Positions 35,334 through 48,892 are shown, counted from the first letter of the stretch. The stretch: 64,000 bases of DNA from Squalus acanthias (GCA_030390025.1 CM059433.1:22632001-22696000), one strand, 5' to 3'. A program made the numbers and translations. The notes: generated by a model not told the origin, from the sequence alone.

Positions 35334-36954
35334 ATGCTTGAAAATGGGGTCTGAGATGCACTCGCACACTTCCGATGGGAAGTGCGCCGGACGCCATCTT
35401 GGTAAAGGGGTTTGTGCGTGCAAACCTATCAACCGCCGCAGCATGCAGAGAAGGCAGATTATGACATCAATAAGTGTGCAACACTGATTTGACACCAGCG
35501 CTGCCATTTAGAATGCCACGCTTCAGCCAACCTTAACCTCGCACAGCTCCAGACAACATTAAACGACATGAAGGACCCTCCACCAGTGGATCATGAACTA
35601 TTTACAGGTTAGTTGCTGGATTATTTCTTCTGGCTGCTGGTGCAATTGTGTTTTTGGGGCTTTCCTATACTTGGCTAAGGTTTTGAATAGCCTACAGGGT
35701 GGTGCTGAAGTAATTTTCTGTTCATTTAAAAGCTTGTGCTGAAGCAAGTTGCTTCCAGACATGGGTGGCCTGGTAGGGCTTACTCTGGGAACTGAGCATG
35801 ACTGGGAGAATGAAGAAAGGCCACACAGAGGAGGACAAGCTGCTGGAAGAGGGAGGAGGAAGAGGGGAAGAAAGGCTCTCAGCAGGAGGCCATATCTGCC
35901 GAGGGTCTTTAGGGAGCAATTCTCCTACCTCAACTTCAGCAAGGACCAATGCTTGAGATGTCTTCACTTCACAAAAGAGGTCGTGACTGAAATCTGCCAA
36001 CTGCTGCAGCCACAACTGTAACCTCAAAGCAGGATAAGAATCGCATTGCCTGTGGCTGTCAAGGTGACCGTGGCTCTTAACTTTTATATGTCTAGCTGCT
36101 TCCAGGCTGCTGCTGAAGATATAAGCAACATCTCACAGCTTGCAGTGCACTGCTGCATAAGGGATGTCACTGAGGCTCTCTATACACAGAGAGACAGCTT
36201 AATTTCATTCCCTCTTGCCAGAGACAAGCAGGTGGAGTGAGCATGAGGGTTTGCAATGATTGGGGGCTTCCCCATGATGCAGGGTGCCGTTGACTGCACG
36301 CACATTACATTGCGTGCGCCTCACGCGTGAACTCTGCCATTTTCATGAACCAAAAGGGATTCCACTCCTTCAATGTGCAGCTGGTGTGTGACCACAGGCA
36401 GCGCATCATGCTTGTTATCCTGGCAGTAGTCACGATTCCTTCATTCTGTGGCAGTCCTCTGTGCCAGCTGTATTTGACCCACCAAGGCAAGTCACAGGCT
36501 GGCTACGAGGCGACAAGGGTTATCTACTCATGATATGCTCATGACACCAGTCCGGAACCCACACACACATGCACAGCAGGCCTACAGTGAGAGCCATCTT
36601 GCCACAAGGAACATTATAGAGCACACCATTTGCAGTACTCAGATGAGCGGGTATCAAGATTTGTGGTTGTTTGTTGCATGCTACACAACTTGGCCATAAT
36701 GAGGAACAGCCCAGCCACCACCTATCACACGAGAAACTGAGGAGCAGAGCACAAGGAAGAGGAGGAGGAGGAAATGCAACATGAAGTGGAAGACGATGTA
36801 GAGGAAGGGAGGCTACAACATAGCTACAACCCGGGCTCTATGTGATCAAATAATTGATGAGTGATACCAATAACCTCAACCACACCTCCCCATTCACCAA
36901 CAGTCCCACATGCCTTATCTTTCCTCTATCACTGACCATCACATCATCCTCTTT

Positions 36955-37523
36955 ATAGAAGAACATAAGAGTTAGGAGCAGGAGTCGGCCATATGGCCCT
37001 TCGAACCTGCTCCGCCATTCAATGAGATCATGTCTGATCTTCGACCTCAGCTCCACCTTCCCACACTATCCCTATATCCCTTGATTCCCCTCGAGTCCAA
37101 AAATCTATCTATCTCAGCCTTGAATATGCTCAATGACTCCACATCCACAGCCCTTTGGGGTAATGAATTCCAAAGATTCACAACCCTCTGAGTGAAGAAA
37201 TTCCTCCTCATCTCCGTCTTAAATGGCCTACCCCTTATCCTGAGACTATGCCCCCTAGTTCTAGACTCTCAGAAGCAACCTCTCAGCATCTACCCTGTCA
37301 ATCCTACTCAGAATCTTATAAGGGCCAGGCTACAGAAGAAGGCTGATGGGTTTACATAACCAAATACTTGGTGCACTGGAAAGCCTGCCAGAAAGCCTGC
37401 GTACAATGTCAAGGAGCATGGAGGAGTCCAGCACCAACTTGGCACAGGGCTTTGCACAGAGCTTCAATGAGATCACCTCTCATTCTTCTAAACTCTAGAG
37501 AATATAGGCCCAATCTACTCAAT
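36955..37523 (-). mobile_element. CR1 3' fragment nested in the Harbinger, containing an inverted insert of about 139 bp
   Basis: Antisense tail at about 36957-36970; CR1 sequence is interrupted at about 37322-37460. Confidence 0.88.
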
Positions 37524-39519
37524 ACTTTCCGACAACACAAAAATAAAAGCCACCAGAAAATGCACTTTGCAATCCAATTTTATAAATTCAATCACAACAT
37601 AATGCATTCACAAATATACTAATCACCCTTGTGCATTTCATTAGTGCCTCTTCCATGTGCCTTTGCCTCTCCTAGAGCTCCTACGAGGTGCTTCCCCAGT
37701 GGCTGCAGCATGGAAGGCTGCTGGCCTTCAATTGAGGAGACTGCGGATGGGCTTGGAGAGCAGCTCTGGGCCTAGAGGACTAGTTTCAGACTGTACCATC
37801 TCGGCCTGATCCGCAGCAGACTGGGCTGGCTGGCTGACAGGCAACAGCAAGGGCACTGGCGGAGTGGCAGGGGTGAGAGCAGGAATGATGTCATCCTGAG
37901 AGAGGACAACAGGTTTATGCAACATGGAGCCACTGTCACTCTCCCAGGGCAGCGCCTCAGCAATCCTACTGATCTGTTGGAGAACAAATTGATGGACTGC
38001 TGTGATGCCCTTGAAGCCCCTTTGAAAAGTGGTATCCAGAGCCACGATGGCAGCAGTCTGAGCTTCCACTGCAGCACTCAGACATTTGATGGAAGCTGTT
38101 TGTGCTGCAATAAAAACTGTGACATTGGCCATCAGACGCTGCATCATGGTGGGCTCGACAGGTGTGCTGATGGAGGTGACCACCCGCTCCATGTTGGAAA
38201 GGATGGGCTCCAAGATCTGCGCAAAGCCCTGTGCCAAGTTGGTGCTGGACTCCTCCATGCTCCTTGACATTGTACGCAGGCTTTCTGGCAGGCTTTCCAG
38301 TGCACCAAGCATTTGGTTACGTAAACCCATCAGCCTTCTTCTGTAGCCTGGCCCACACAATCCTCACCTGACTCCTCTACAGGAGAGCTCGTGGGTGACC
38401 TTGCCCTCCAGCGAGCTGACACCTGCGCTATCCTTTCCCCCTGCCCTGGCTCCTGCGCACTTGTGCCCGGTGTCTCACCACGTGCAGATCCCTCCTCTAT
38501 CCTAGCCTCTAAAATACGCGCAGTGACAGTCTCTGAACTGGTGGCTGCAAGTGTAAGATCGAGTGACGGTGTCTCTTTTTATCTTCACTGTCTTCTTCCT
38601 CTTCCTCCTTGGACTAGGAAGTTTCCAGTATTTGGTTATCTGAAATGAAAAAGGGACAAGGAGTTGGTTGTGGTGAGGAGAGAGGAGAAAGTAAGAGGTG
38701 CATGCTTACACCATCTGCAGCTTGTGAGTTAGAAGAGATTGTGGGATGAGGGAGAAATGGGATGAGAGAAGGAGGATTTGATATGCGGATACCCTCATCA
38801 TCGATCGCTCCATCCCCACCAGTGGTCATGGCTTCATGGATGGCATAAGCATATGGAGGGAGTCATGGGAGAGCCTGGGTACAGCCCTCTGCCTCTGTGC
38901 AGTCATTGTCAGTGTTTGCAGCACTCCAATGCTGGAGTGCACTGACAGCACTATGTTAGATTAAACTTCAAATCTAATGTGGCCATGGTCCCTTTAAAGA
39001 TCCCGGCTGAAAACGCGTCATGAATGATGTCATCAGACCTGCTCCATCTCATTGGACTGGGCAACATGCTGGGTGGGCTTAATAGGCTACATTAAGGTAA
39101 GTTCATTTTCAACAGTGGGATGGAGCCAGCAGCGGGGTCCCGACCCGCCACGGACACTGCCCGCTACGGACCCGCCGAGGTTGGCAAAATTCCAGCCTTA
39201 TTTTTCAAGGAATATGTGGCCTCCTTATTCTTCCTACCTTACACTTATCTACATTGAAATTCATTTGCCAATTACACACCCATTCTGCACATTTATTGCT
39301 GTGAACTTGAACCAACAAAGTTGAGTTTAATTTAACGAAGATTTCTATAGATTATTTTTAAACTGTTCCTACGAGCTTATTTGGCCACAGTGAACTCTGC
39401 AGACTTTTTCAAAAAAGGTTACAAGACTGGTTTACTTACTGCTGCTTAACACTTTAAGACAAGTTGGCAGAATATCTGGTTGGAGTGGGAATATGCATAA
39501 ATAGAGGTAAAAATGCTGA

Positions 39520-39845
39520 AAGAATGAGAGGGGATCTCATTGAAGCATACAAAATTATTACAGGGCTTGATAGGGTGGATGCTGGGAGAATGTTTCCCTT
39601 GGCTGGGGAGTCTAGAACCAGGGGCCACAGAGGGTGGTGAATCTTTGGAATTCTCTACCCCAGAGGGCTGTGGAGGCTCAGTCATTGGGTATATTCAAAA
39701 CAGAAGTCGATAGACTAATAAGGGCGATAGGGCCGGTGAATGGAATTGAGGCAGAAGATCAGCCATGATCTCATTGAATGGTGGAGCAGGCTCAAAGTGC
39801 CGAATGGCCTACTCCTGCTCCTATTTCTTATGTTCTTATGTTCTT
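39520..39845 (+). mobile_element. CR1 3' fragment
   Basis: RMRGDLIEAYKIITGLDRVDAG; tail ttcttatgttcttatgttctta. Confidence 0.88.
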
Positions 39846-41899
39846 AACATGATGTTCCTGAGCTGTTGGATCACAGAAATATTATGCCTAGGAAAGTAAT
39901 TAGTAAGGGCATAGAACATAGACGAGATAACTATTCAGCAGTCTTGTTTGACTTACCCTTCAGGGCAGGGAGAAAGTTTTCAGAACATTACCTCAGGTGA
40001 TGCAGTGAGTTGGGCAGGGTTTCTGAGAGCGATCTGAAAAGAGTTTGTGGACACATGACTTGATGGGCTGAACGGCCATTTTTGTGCCAGGCTTTCTTAT
40101 CATGCTAATGCACCCTGTGGTTACTTAACTTAATTCACAAGAGAAAGAGGAAATGCTATATTGGAATTGCACACTTTACATGTTAGAACAGGTCAGACAG
40201 CGACACAGGTCCAGTTCACTGAATTGAATTATTGCTCTTGCAGCCCAGTCAGAAATAGTATTAAATAAAAGTGCATGACACAAACTGTCCAGTGTCCTGA
40301 ACTGAAAAGGATGTGCAGCATTATTAATTTACAAGGAATTATTAAATGAATGGTATGCTTTTAAAGTGTTCTAATTCATCAATCTTATTTCATGTTGAAT
40401 ATTGTGTCTCACAGGATTTGCTTACTTTCTACAGTAAACAGACACTGATGTTAAGTACACCAATTTGTAGTGTTGTTATAACAGAGAACCAGTGACCACT
40501 CCTGAGGCTTTTAAGTTGGAATATTTCCTTTGGAGTTTCAAGGGCAACATTCAATACTGTACTTGAAGGTTTCTGACAGTAACAAACAGGAGAGGTTATT
40601 TTGATGAGCCCTGGGCGATATTCCTACAATATTCCAGAACAAGTAATTACTCCTCTCACATCACCTAAGGGTGAGATGTCTGTCTGCAAAATATGATTCA
40701 GTGCATTTTACAAATTCATGGGTGCCTCTCTGAAATAAGGAGAAAGAGTAAATACTGTGGTGCTGTGAAGTTCAAAAGCACAAGACAACACTGGTTCAGT
40801 GGCGATGGACAATGACAAAATATGCTGTGTACCAAGGTTAACAATGTCATAGGTCGGAACTGAATACCGCATTTTTTAATTATTTTTTTTTTTAAACAGC
40901 TTAGAAAGAGGTCTAACTTGGCAGAAAATAAAGCTTTAAAATGAACAGTCCCACAGACTGAGAGTCTGCTGATTGGTGAATAATTAATATAATAAAACAC
41001 AAAAAAGTCAAAAATGTAGCACAAGAAAAGGTTATTCAAAAACAGATTAAACCATTAAAGTTGTATTATATTTTAATTTTATTTTGCTCTTCAACATTTT
41101 GATCACTAACAACACTGCGAGAAATGTTTTGAAAGCTCAGCTCTAGTAGCTGGAGATAATTAGCTTTGTGAAAATATGTGTGACTGTGCCAGAAATACAC
41201 ATCCTTGTGATCCAGTGAACTCGATAATACTGAAGATAGATGCTATTTACCATTTTGAAATATCTGCAGTGAGAACATACTCCTGCAGTGTGTTTCAAAG
41301 TGAGGCCAAAATATATATATTTTCTTCCTTCCCATTGGTGAATCTCTCTCCGTATACAAAATGATACATTAACAATTTAGGAAAGAAGAATACTTATATG
41401 CTCACTTATGTGAAAAGAATTGTTATTTGTGTAGTATTTTAAAAAAAAAAGTTATATCCTTCCTTGCTGACAAGAGACATGCAAGGGTATTTGTTCCTAA
41501 TATTGTACCACCTTAATCTTTTATATTGACACTAAAGCAATATTGAGCACTGTTTTTTATTTTGGGGACTGACTATGTTGCACTGCCATAAACTAAGGTT
41601 AAAGCAGGCCATTACAATGTTAGCTGCTGGACTGCGATGCCATGTAGTGCTGTGCAAAATTACATTCATTCACTCAAAGGGTCAACTAAGTAACTTTGAC
41701 TTAGAAGTCATCATTATAGTGATGAAGAATTGCAGTGGATCCCAGCTTCCTTGCTGTAATGGGATTATTTCCAATCAGGAATTGAATCTGCTTTTTCAAT
41801 AGCCCTTCAGTGACTGGAAAAGCTGAAGAATTGTATTATCAAAGCGCTTATGTCTGACTACAACCCGATTTCATAAGCTGTAAGCCTTTCTCTTACTAC

Positions 41900-42602
41900 T
41901 GTTCGGACTTCGAGAATTACGAATAAGCATAACAATGGCAGATAAGTATGTGATCAATAAAATTGGTCTTTATTCACACTACAGTTCAAAATTCAAGTGT
42001 AAATTGCAATCAATATGCACCCAATTTACCCATACATGAAAGTACCCCCAGCAACTCATACGCTACCTCCTGGCGATTTATATCCCAAGTCAATCATACA
42101 TAAGAGTACCCTTTAACAATATCTAAGCTCTATGTCCGACTTTTATCTCTGGGTGATCGGTCCAGAAAAAGTTGTAAGTCGAAAACATAGACTGACCAGC
42201 TTTCTTTGTTCCTCTGTTCTTCCACTTCTGTCTCTTTCTTTTTCTTTCTGAATTTTCCGCCTCTGGGTCACTTCTTTTATAGGGCCTTTCTGCCGGCCTC
42301 CCTCGTATATCATTGTCTGCCTCCCTCTGATAGGTCAGTTTCACTCCAAACCTCCCCTGATTGGAGATCGTTCTGCAGGACACGTTCATGTTCCTGCGAG
42401 GTGTGTGGGGGCGGGACTTCCTCATCACTCGTGTTTCTCCTTCCTGTCCATGTGGTCTTACAAACAAAGGATCATGCTGACCACCAGGCAAAGGACCCCC
42501 TGCTGACTTCTGCCATTTTGTGTCTTCACAAACAAAGGAACATGCTGACCTCCTAGTATTCCATAAACATTTCACAATTCGTTCTGAACTTCAATCTCCA
42601 CA
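41900..42602 (-). mobile_element. LTR-like element of about 700 bp
   Basis: TG...CA ends; the minus strand has TATAAAAG (about 42280) upstream of AATAAA (about 41974); no matching TSD found. Confidence 0.45.
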
Positions 42603-43265
42603 CAGTAGCAGCGGTTTTATTACAGTTTTTAGAATCTTACAAAGCCACTGAATGCATTTCAGTATATTCTGGACAAAGGGGAGACCACAGATGGCCAATC
42701 CAATCATAGTCTTGACTACAGTTTTGTAACTTAATATATTTATTAAAAAACTATGTTTGCACTTACCGCATGATCAACAATAAGAGAGTGGAACAAAAAA
42801 AATAATTAGTTTTGTCTATAACGAAAATGTGTGAACTTTATGTTCGAAAAAATGCTACTGCAGTGCAGGATCTCTCTATAAGCACTGCTCGATAATCTAA
42901 CACTGTTTGCTTTCCATATGCTACTTCTCCACATTTACACCAGTATTTTGTTATATGGGAAATTCCTCAGAAACGTGATAATTTCCTACATAAATGCAAT
43001 TTCTTTCTTTGTTAACATTTAAATTTGGTATATGTTGGAGCTAATCTGCAAGTATCAGGTTGCCAGCTAGCTTTGGCAGTGGCCCCAGTGTCTGAGTGGG
43101 TATCCAGGCTGTAAGCATCAGATCTAAAATGCCAGCTGCCCACCCCAGTGCACCAAAGACAGCTCAGCTAGTAATTATGTTTGGGGCAGTACCTGAGAAA
43201 ATTAAAATTTTATGTAAAAAAAGTTTACCTTCTGGTTAATTTTATGACTTTTTTCTTAAACTGTT

Positions 43266-44044
43266 CAAGAAATGGGAGAGGATAAATTGGGAAATTACAG
43301 GCCAGTCAGCCTATCGTCGGTGGTGGAGAAGTATAATATGAGTGGTCCGATTTTGAAAAGTGCAGATCAGCAGAGAGACCTTGGTGTCCATATATACACA
43401 TCCTTAAAGGTGGCAGAACAACTTCATAAAGGTGGTTACTTGGGTTTATAAATAGAGGAATAGAATATAAAAGCAAAGAGAACATGTTAGAACTTTATAA
43501 ATCACTGGTTAGGCCTCAGCTGCAGTATTGTGGACAATTCTGGGCACCACACTTCAGGAAAATGTAAAGGCCTTAGAAAGGGTACAGAGGAGATTTACCA
43601 GGATGTTACCAGGTATGAGGGACTTCAGCTATGAGGAGAGGTTGGAAAAGTTAAGACTGTTCTCTTTGGAACAGAGAAGGTTAAGAGGTGACCTAATAGA
43701 GGTTTTCAAGTTGATGAGAGGTTTTGATAGAGTAGATAGCGAAACAGTATTCCAGCTGATGAGTGGGTCAATAATCAGAGGTCATAGATTTAAAATCATT
43801 GGCAAAAGATCTAGAGAGGAGATGAGGAGAATTTTTTTCACTCAGAGGGTTGTCTGGATCTAGAACACTCTTCCTGAAAAGGTGGTAGAAGCTGATTCTA
43901 TAAATCATTTTAAAAGGGAGTCGGACAGGTACTTGAGGATGAGGAACTTACAGGGTTACGGACAAAAAGCGGGGATTAAGCACGGCTACTCTTTCAAAGG
44001 CATGACGGGCCAAATGGCCTCCTTCTACATTGTAAATTTCTATG
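43266..44044 (+). mobile_element. Older CR1 fragment with an internal deletion
   Basis: LFKK...NYRPVSL followed by LERVQRRFTRMLPG; 7-bp TSD aactgtt at 43259-43265 and 44045-44051. Confidence 0.9.
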
Positions 44045-44533
44045 AACTGTTGACAGATTTACAATCTTGAAACATTCTCGCCTCACTACAACCCCAATTA
44101 TGGCAGAAACAGGGAGGTAGGGGAACCAAAATCACGTGGAGGACTGACCCGCCAACTTACTGCTGGTTGTCCGTATCTTCCGTTTTTTGGGAGGACCTCA
44201 ATTTAGGTGGTCTGAGCTCCTGCCAGAAACAGGCCCTAAGGTTGAACTCTGTTGTCTTGCCACCGACCCCACCCTCACCCCGCACCCTTACACCATTATA
44301 CTCTCACCTTTATACTCTTCTATAACACATCTATTTTTAGTCACAGGATATGAGGTAACTACAGTGCCTTGTGCCATTCTCTTTGTTTGAAAAATAGTAG
44401 AAACTGGTTTTGATCAGTTCTGTAATACAGACAGTAGGCCTCATCCATTATTGCTTCAAGATTTCTCTTCTCAGCGCTATCTCCATTATGCGACTGTATC
44501 CATGGTAACCCCCTTAACTATTTAAAACTTTCT

Positions 44534-45570
44534 GGGGGCTAAATTGGATAGCCCCCAAAAATAGACAATTTTGTGCTGCCTGCTCATTTAAATGATTGCA
44601 GCGGTCAGCCAGCGCTAACCACGCTGTTCATTGGCTGCACGCATTAGCAGGGGCCCAAAATCGTAACTTCCTAGCACCACTTAAAGTCAGCCTGCACTGC
44701 TTAAAGCTAGCCTGCATCTCTTAAAGGGGAGGTGCATTGTGGCTGAAGCAGCTGCTGGGAGTCGTGCAGGAAGTGAATTTGTCCTGGGAAACAGTGAGCA
44801 AAAGCACAACATGGGAGAGAACAGGCTCCAGGGTTTTTGGATGCTGCACTGGTGGTGTTGGTGGAGGAGGATGAAAGGAGGAGCAGTGTCCTGTATTCGC
44901 AGGGGCACATGGTCAAAAGGCAAATTGGAGCAGATAGCTGTGGAGGTCAATGCCAGCAGTCAAGCCTGAGGACCTGGATTCAGTACCGCAAGAAGTTTAG
45001 AGACCTCACATGAGTGGTCAAGATCAGTGAATGCATCTTCAAATACCATATTGTACCGACTGCACCACTAGCCTCAGCTACTGCTCAATTCACCACACCC
45101 CCCACTCACCTACCAACAATCTCTATCAATCAAGACTCATAGCTAACATTCATATGCTTCACCTGACCCTCACACAATTAGCACTGCTGCAAGTCTCACA
45201 TCCACATCTCACAGCTTGCACATACTTCCAGCTATTCATCCATGATAGCCACATCACAAACAGAATGCACGACATTCACCGACACACTTTCTGGCAGGCT
45301 TCCCAATGCACCAAGCATTTTGTTGTCCTCATCTGAGTCCTCTGCAGCAGAACCCATGTGTGACCTTGCCCTTTGGTGAGCTGGCACCAGCATTGCATGC
45401 TGATTGACGTTATGATCTGTCTGCTCTGCATACTTTCGGTCTCTACCAAGATGGCGTCCAGCGCGTTTCATGGCAGAAGTATGCACGCGCGCATGGGATG
45501 CCATTTTTGTCCCCTGAACAACACTCATCGTGCTCAAACAAAGGGTGCTACCAAGGCCAATTTCGCACCC
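44534..45570 (+). mobile_element. Non-autonomous Harbinger deletion derivative with a decayed Myb exon
   Basis: Termini gggggctaaattgg and ccaatttcgcaccc; EQIAVEVNASSQA..TWIQYRKKFRDLT at about 44925-45010. Confidence 0.7.
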
Positions 45571-45849
45571 ATACACTTCAAAAATCATATGATACGATTC
45601 TCATCTAAAAGTCTATTGTCTACAGGAATACAGTTACCTCAACACCAGCTATCTTATCTTGCCCAGCTGGCCTTCAATGCAAATAAAAATTAGGAGAGAT
45701 GTAAAATGGGCTGCCGATTCGCTATCACTATCACACAAAATCAAGACCTACTCTAAAGATTTCAAAAAGGATTATAAGTTTACTTATTTACACGATTGTC
45801 TACACACTAAATATCATCCTGGTGTGAGCCCATCGTCCCTGTTCTATGT

Positions 45850-46280
45850 GCTCTGTAACCTACTCTAGTGCTTGTACGAGGTTTTTTCCCCAGTGGCTGC
45901 AGCATGGGAAATGGAAGGCTGAGTCATGGGCTCTTTTGAAGGGGAGTATACCTTGGCATGTCCTGGTGAGGTCATTCCGTTTCTTCCCGCACTGCAGCCA
46001 GCTTCTTGGAACATTACTGCTGGCATTGACCTGCTGAGCTACCTCTCTCCATTGCTGCTGTTTAATTTTACGAGTCACCTGTCCCTCATCAGAGGTGAAG
46101 ACGACCTCCTTCCTGTTTCTCACTCACCTCCACAGCTGCATTGGAGAATTGGAGGGTTGAGGTCAAGCTGTTTGCTGATTCAGAAACTTGCTTTCCACTT
46201 AGCATCATTGAAAAATGCACCTTGCCTTGAAGGGGCTGCAGTCTGCCTTTAAGTAGTGGCCACCCCACCAGGTTTTCCAC
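45850..46280 (-). pseudogene. Harbinger Myb/SANT relic
   Basis: ORF 45860-46123 contains WREVAQQVNASSNVPRSWLQCGKKRNDLTR. Confidence 0.75.
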
Positions 46281-46466
46281 CCTCCCTTTTTGTCAGTTTA
46301 TGTGAGGTCAATCAGATATTCAGATACGAGGGTGAAGATCACTCTTGTAAGTATGTTATGGACAGAGCACACTATAAACACAAATAAAATTAAATATATA
46401 AAAACAGTCTAAATTTAATGCATGCAATTACTTACCTGCTGTAAATTCATCCATACATCATTGCTA

Positions 46467-48451
46467 ACTGGTAAAATAGATAAGGGAGAACCAGTGGATG
46501 TGATGTATTTGGACTTTCAGAAGGCTTTCGATAAGGTCCCGCATAAGAGATTAGCGTGTAAAGTTAAGGCACATGGGATTGGGGCAAGGTATTGACTTGG
46601 ATAGAGAACTGGTTGGCAGACAGAAAGCAAAGAGTTGGAATAAATGGGTCTTTTTCCGAGTGGCAGGCATTGACTAGTGGGGTACCGCAGGGATCGGTCC
46701 TAGGACCCCAGCTATTCACAATATATATTAATGATCTAGACGAGGGAATTGGATGTAATGGCCCAAAAATTAGTGCCGCTACGCGAGGGTACGCACTGTG
46801 TACTCTCGCGTATTCTGTCTCCAATTGCCGGTTTTCTGCATGCACTGCGCATGCGCTGAAAACCGGCACTTGGTGAATTCAAAAGGGGGCGGTTCCTAGG
46901 TGAACCGCGTGCGCGCTACAGGCTGCGCGCACGCAGTGCACTTAGTGCTTTGAACGCGCAGGTAAGCATGAAACATTTCAGACATAAAGAAAGGAGGCGT
47001 AAGACCCTCTTTTAACAAGGTAAGTAGTTAATTAAGTATTATTTTGAATTTTTTTAACAGGTATATCTTTTTTAGAGACTTTAAAGACAGGTAAGTTTAT
47101 TTTTATAACTTTTTAAAAGATTTTAAATTTTTTCAAAAATTTAATTTTTTGTTTAAAATGGTTAATTTATTTAACTATACTTATTTTATTAATGTGATGT
47201 TTTTTTTTAAATTTAATTGAGGTTTAGCTGTTCTTTTGGGGGGGTATAGATTCATAGCTTTCACAGCACTTATGTGAAAGCTATGAATGAAAGATGGTGT
47301 GCTGCCATTGGCTCTAACTGAGTCACGTGATCCCACAGCTCACACGAATTAACTACGCCTGTGGGATACGGAAGCCCTGCACAGCTGCTGTCCAGAACAT
47401 CAAGTTCGTGCGAGCTCGGACTGAAAAAGCCAGCGCGCAGTGAGAGATCACGGGGAGACCTTACCCTCGCACGAAGGCTCCCTCACGAATTTTTGGGCCA
47501 ATATCTCCAAGTTTGCAGACAACACAAAGCTGGGTGGGAGTGTGTGCCATGAGGAGGATGCCGAGAAACTCCAGTATGATTTGGACAGGTTGGGTGATTG
47601 GGCAGAAGCATGGCAGATGCAATATAATGTGGATAAATGCGAGGTTATCCACTTTGGTGTCAAAAACAGGAAGGCAGATTATTATCTGAATGGCAATAGA
47701 TTGGGAGAAGGGGAAGTGCAACGAGACCTGGGTGTCCTTGTGCACCAGTCGCTGAAGGTAAGCATGCAGGTGCAGCAGGCGGTTAAGAAGGCAAATGGTA
47801 TGTTGGCTTTCGTAGCGAAAGGGTTCGAGTACAGGAACAAGGATGTCTTGCTGCAGTTGCACAGGGCCTTGGTGAGACCACATCTTGAGTATTGTGTGCA
47901 GTTTTGGTCGCCTTATCTCAGGAAGGATGTTCTTGCCATGGAGGGAGTGCAGCGAAGATTCACCAGGCTGATACCTGGGATGGCAGGAATGATGTATGAG
48001 GAGAGATTGGGTCGATTGGGCTTATACTCGCTGGAGTTTAGAAGAATGAGAGGGGATCTCATTGGAACTTATAAAATTCTAACAGGACTAGATAGACTAG
48101 ATGCAGGAAGGATGTTCCCGATGACCGGGGGAGTCCAGAACCAGGGGTCACAGTCTAAGGATAAGGGGTAAGGCATTTAGGACTGAGATGAGGAGGAATT
48201 TCTTCACCCAGAGAGTGGTGAACCTGTGGAATTCTCTACCACAGAAGGCAGTAGAGGCCAATTCATTAAATATATTCAAGAAGGAGTTGGATATATTTCT
48301 TAAAGCTAAAAGGATCAAGGGATATGGGGAGAAAGCAGGGACAGGGTTCTGAATTTGGATGATCAGCCATGATCTCATCGAATGGCAGAGCAGGCTCGAG
48401 GGGCTGAATGGCCTGCTCCTGCTCCTATCTTCTATGTTTCTATGTTTCTAT
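46467..48451 (+). mobile_element. 5'-truncated CR1 (same subfamily as 1-2069), split by a MITE
   Basis: RT motifs in ORFs 46592-46876 and 47440-48171; (TTTCTATG)n tail; gcta present at both flanks. Confidence 0.95.
46760..47499. mobile_element. Harbinger-type MITE, 740 bp
   Basis: Perfect 12-bp TIR GGCCCAAAAATT; 3-bp TSD AAT (46757-46759 and 47500-47502); removing it restores the CR1 sequence tgtAATatctccaag. Confidence 0.92.
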
Positions 48452-48529
48452 GCTATGTAACACACAGAGTACATTTACAGTAATCCTCAATTAGAGTGAC
48501 AAAATGATTCGACTCCACTCCAGCTTTTA

Positions 48530-48785
48530 AATGTAAATATTGGTCAGGAGACAAGAGGACTCCCCTGCTCTTCTTTCTGAAATAGTGCCATGGGATCTTT
48601 TACATCCACCTGAGAGAACAGACGGGGCCTCGGCTTAACGTCTCACCCAGAAGTCAGCACCTCTGACAATGCAGCATTCCCTCAGTACTGCACTGGAGCA
48701 TCAGCCTACATTTTGTACTTGCAGTCTCTGGGGTGGGACTTGAACCCACAAACCTTCTAACTCAAAGGCGAGAGTGCTACCCACT
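48530..48785 (-). mobile_element. SacSINE1/DeuSINE-like SINE, partial
   Basis: Similar to 49090-49335 and 15860-15965. Confidence 0.75.
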
Positions 48786-48892
48786 TTTTTTTTCTTTAGC
48801 ATTTTCTATTTTTATTTCCAATTTCTAACAGCTGCATTTTTTTCTTTATCTTTCATAAAACTGTTGTTTTTTGGACACAGTGGATAAAAATT

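Larger units (their letters stand above)
35118..39197. mobile_element. Third Harbinger family, decayed: transposase (+, about 35761-36870) and Myb-gene 3' exons (-, about 37620-38830)
   Basis: RRPYLPRVFREQFSY, VAVKVTVALNFY, GAVDCTH and [19 protein letters not shown] 37728-38360 contains VLSQDD; TTA flanks both ends, but the two termini match poorly. Confidence 0.8.
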
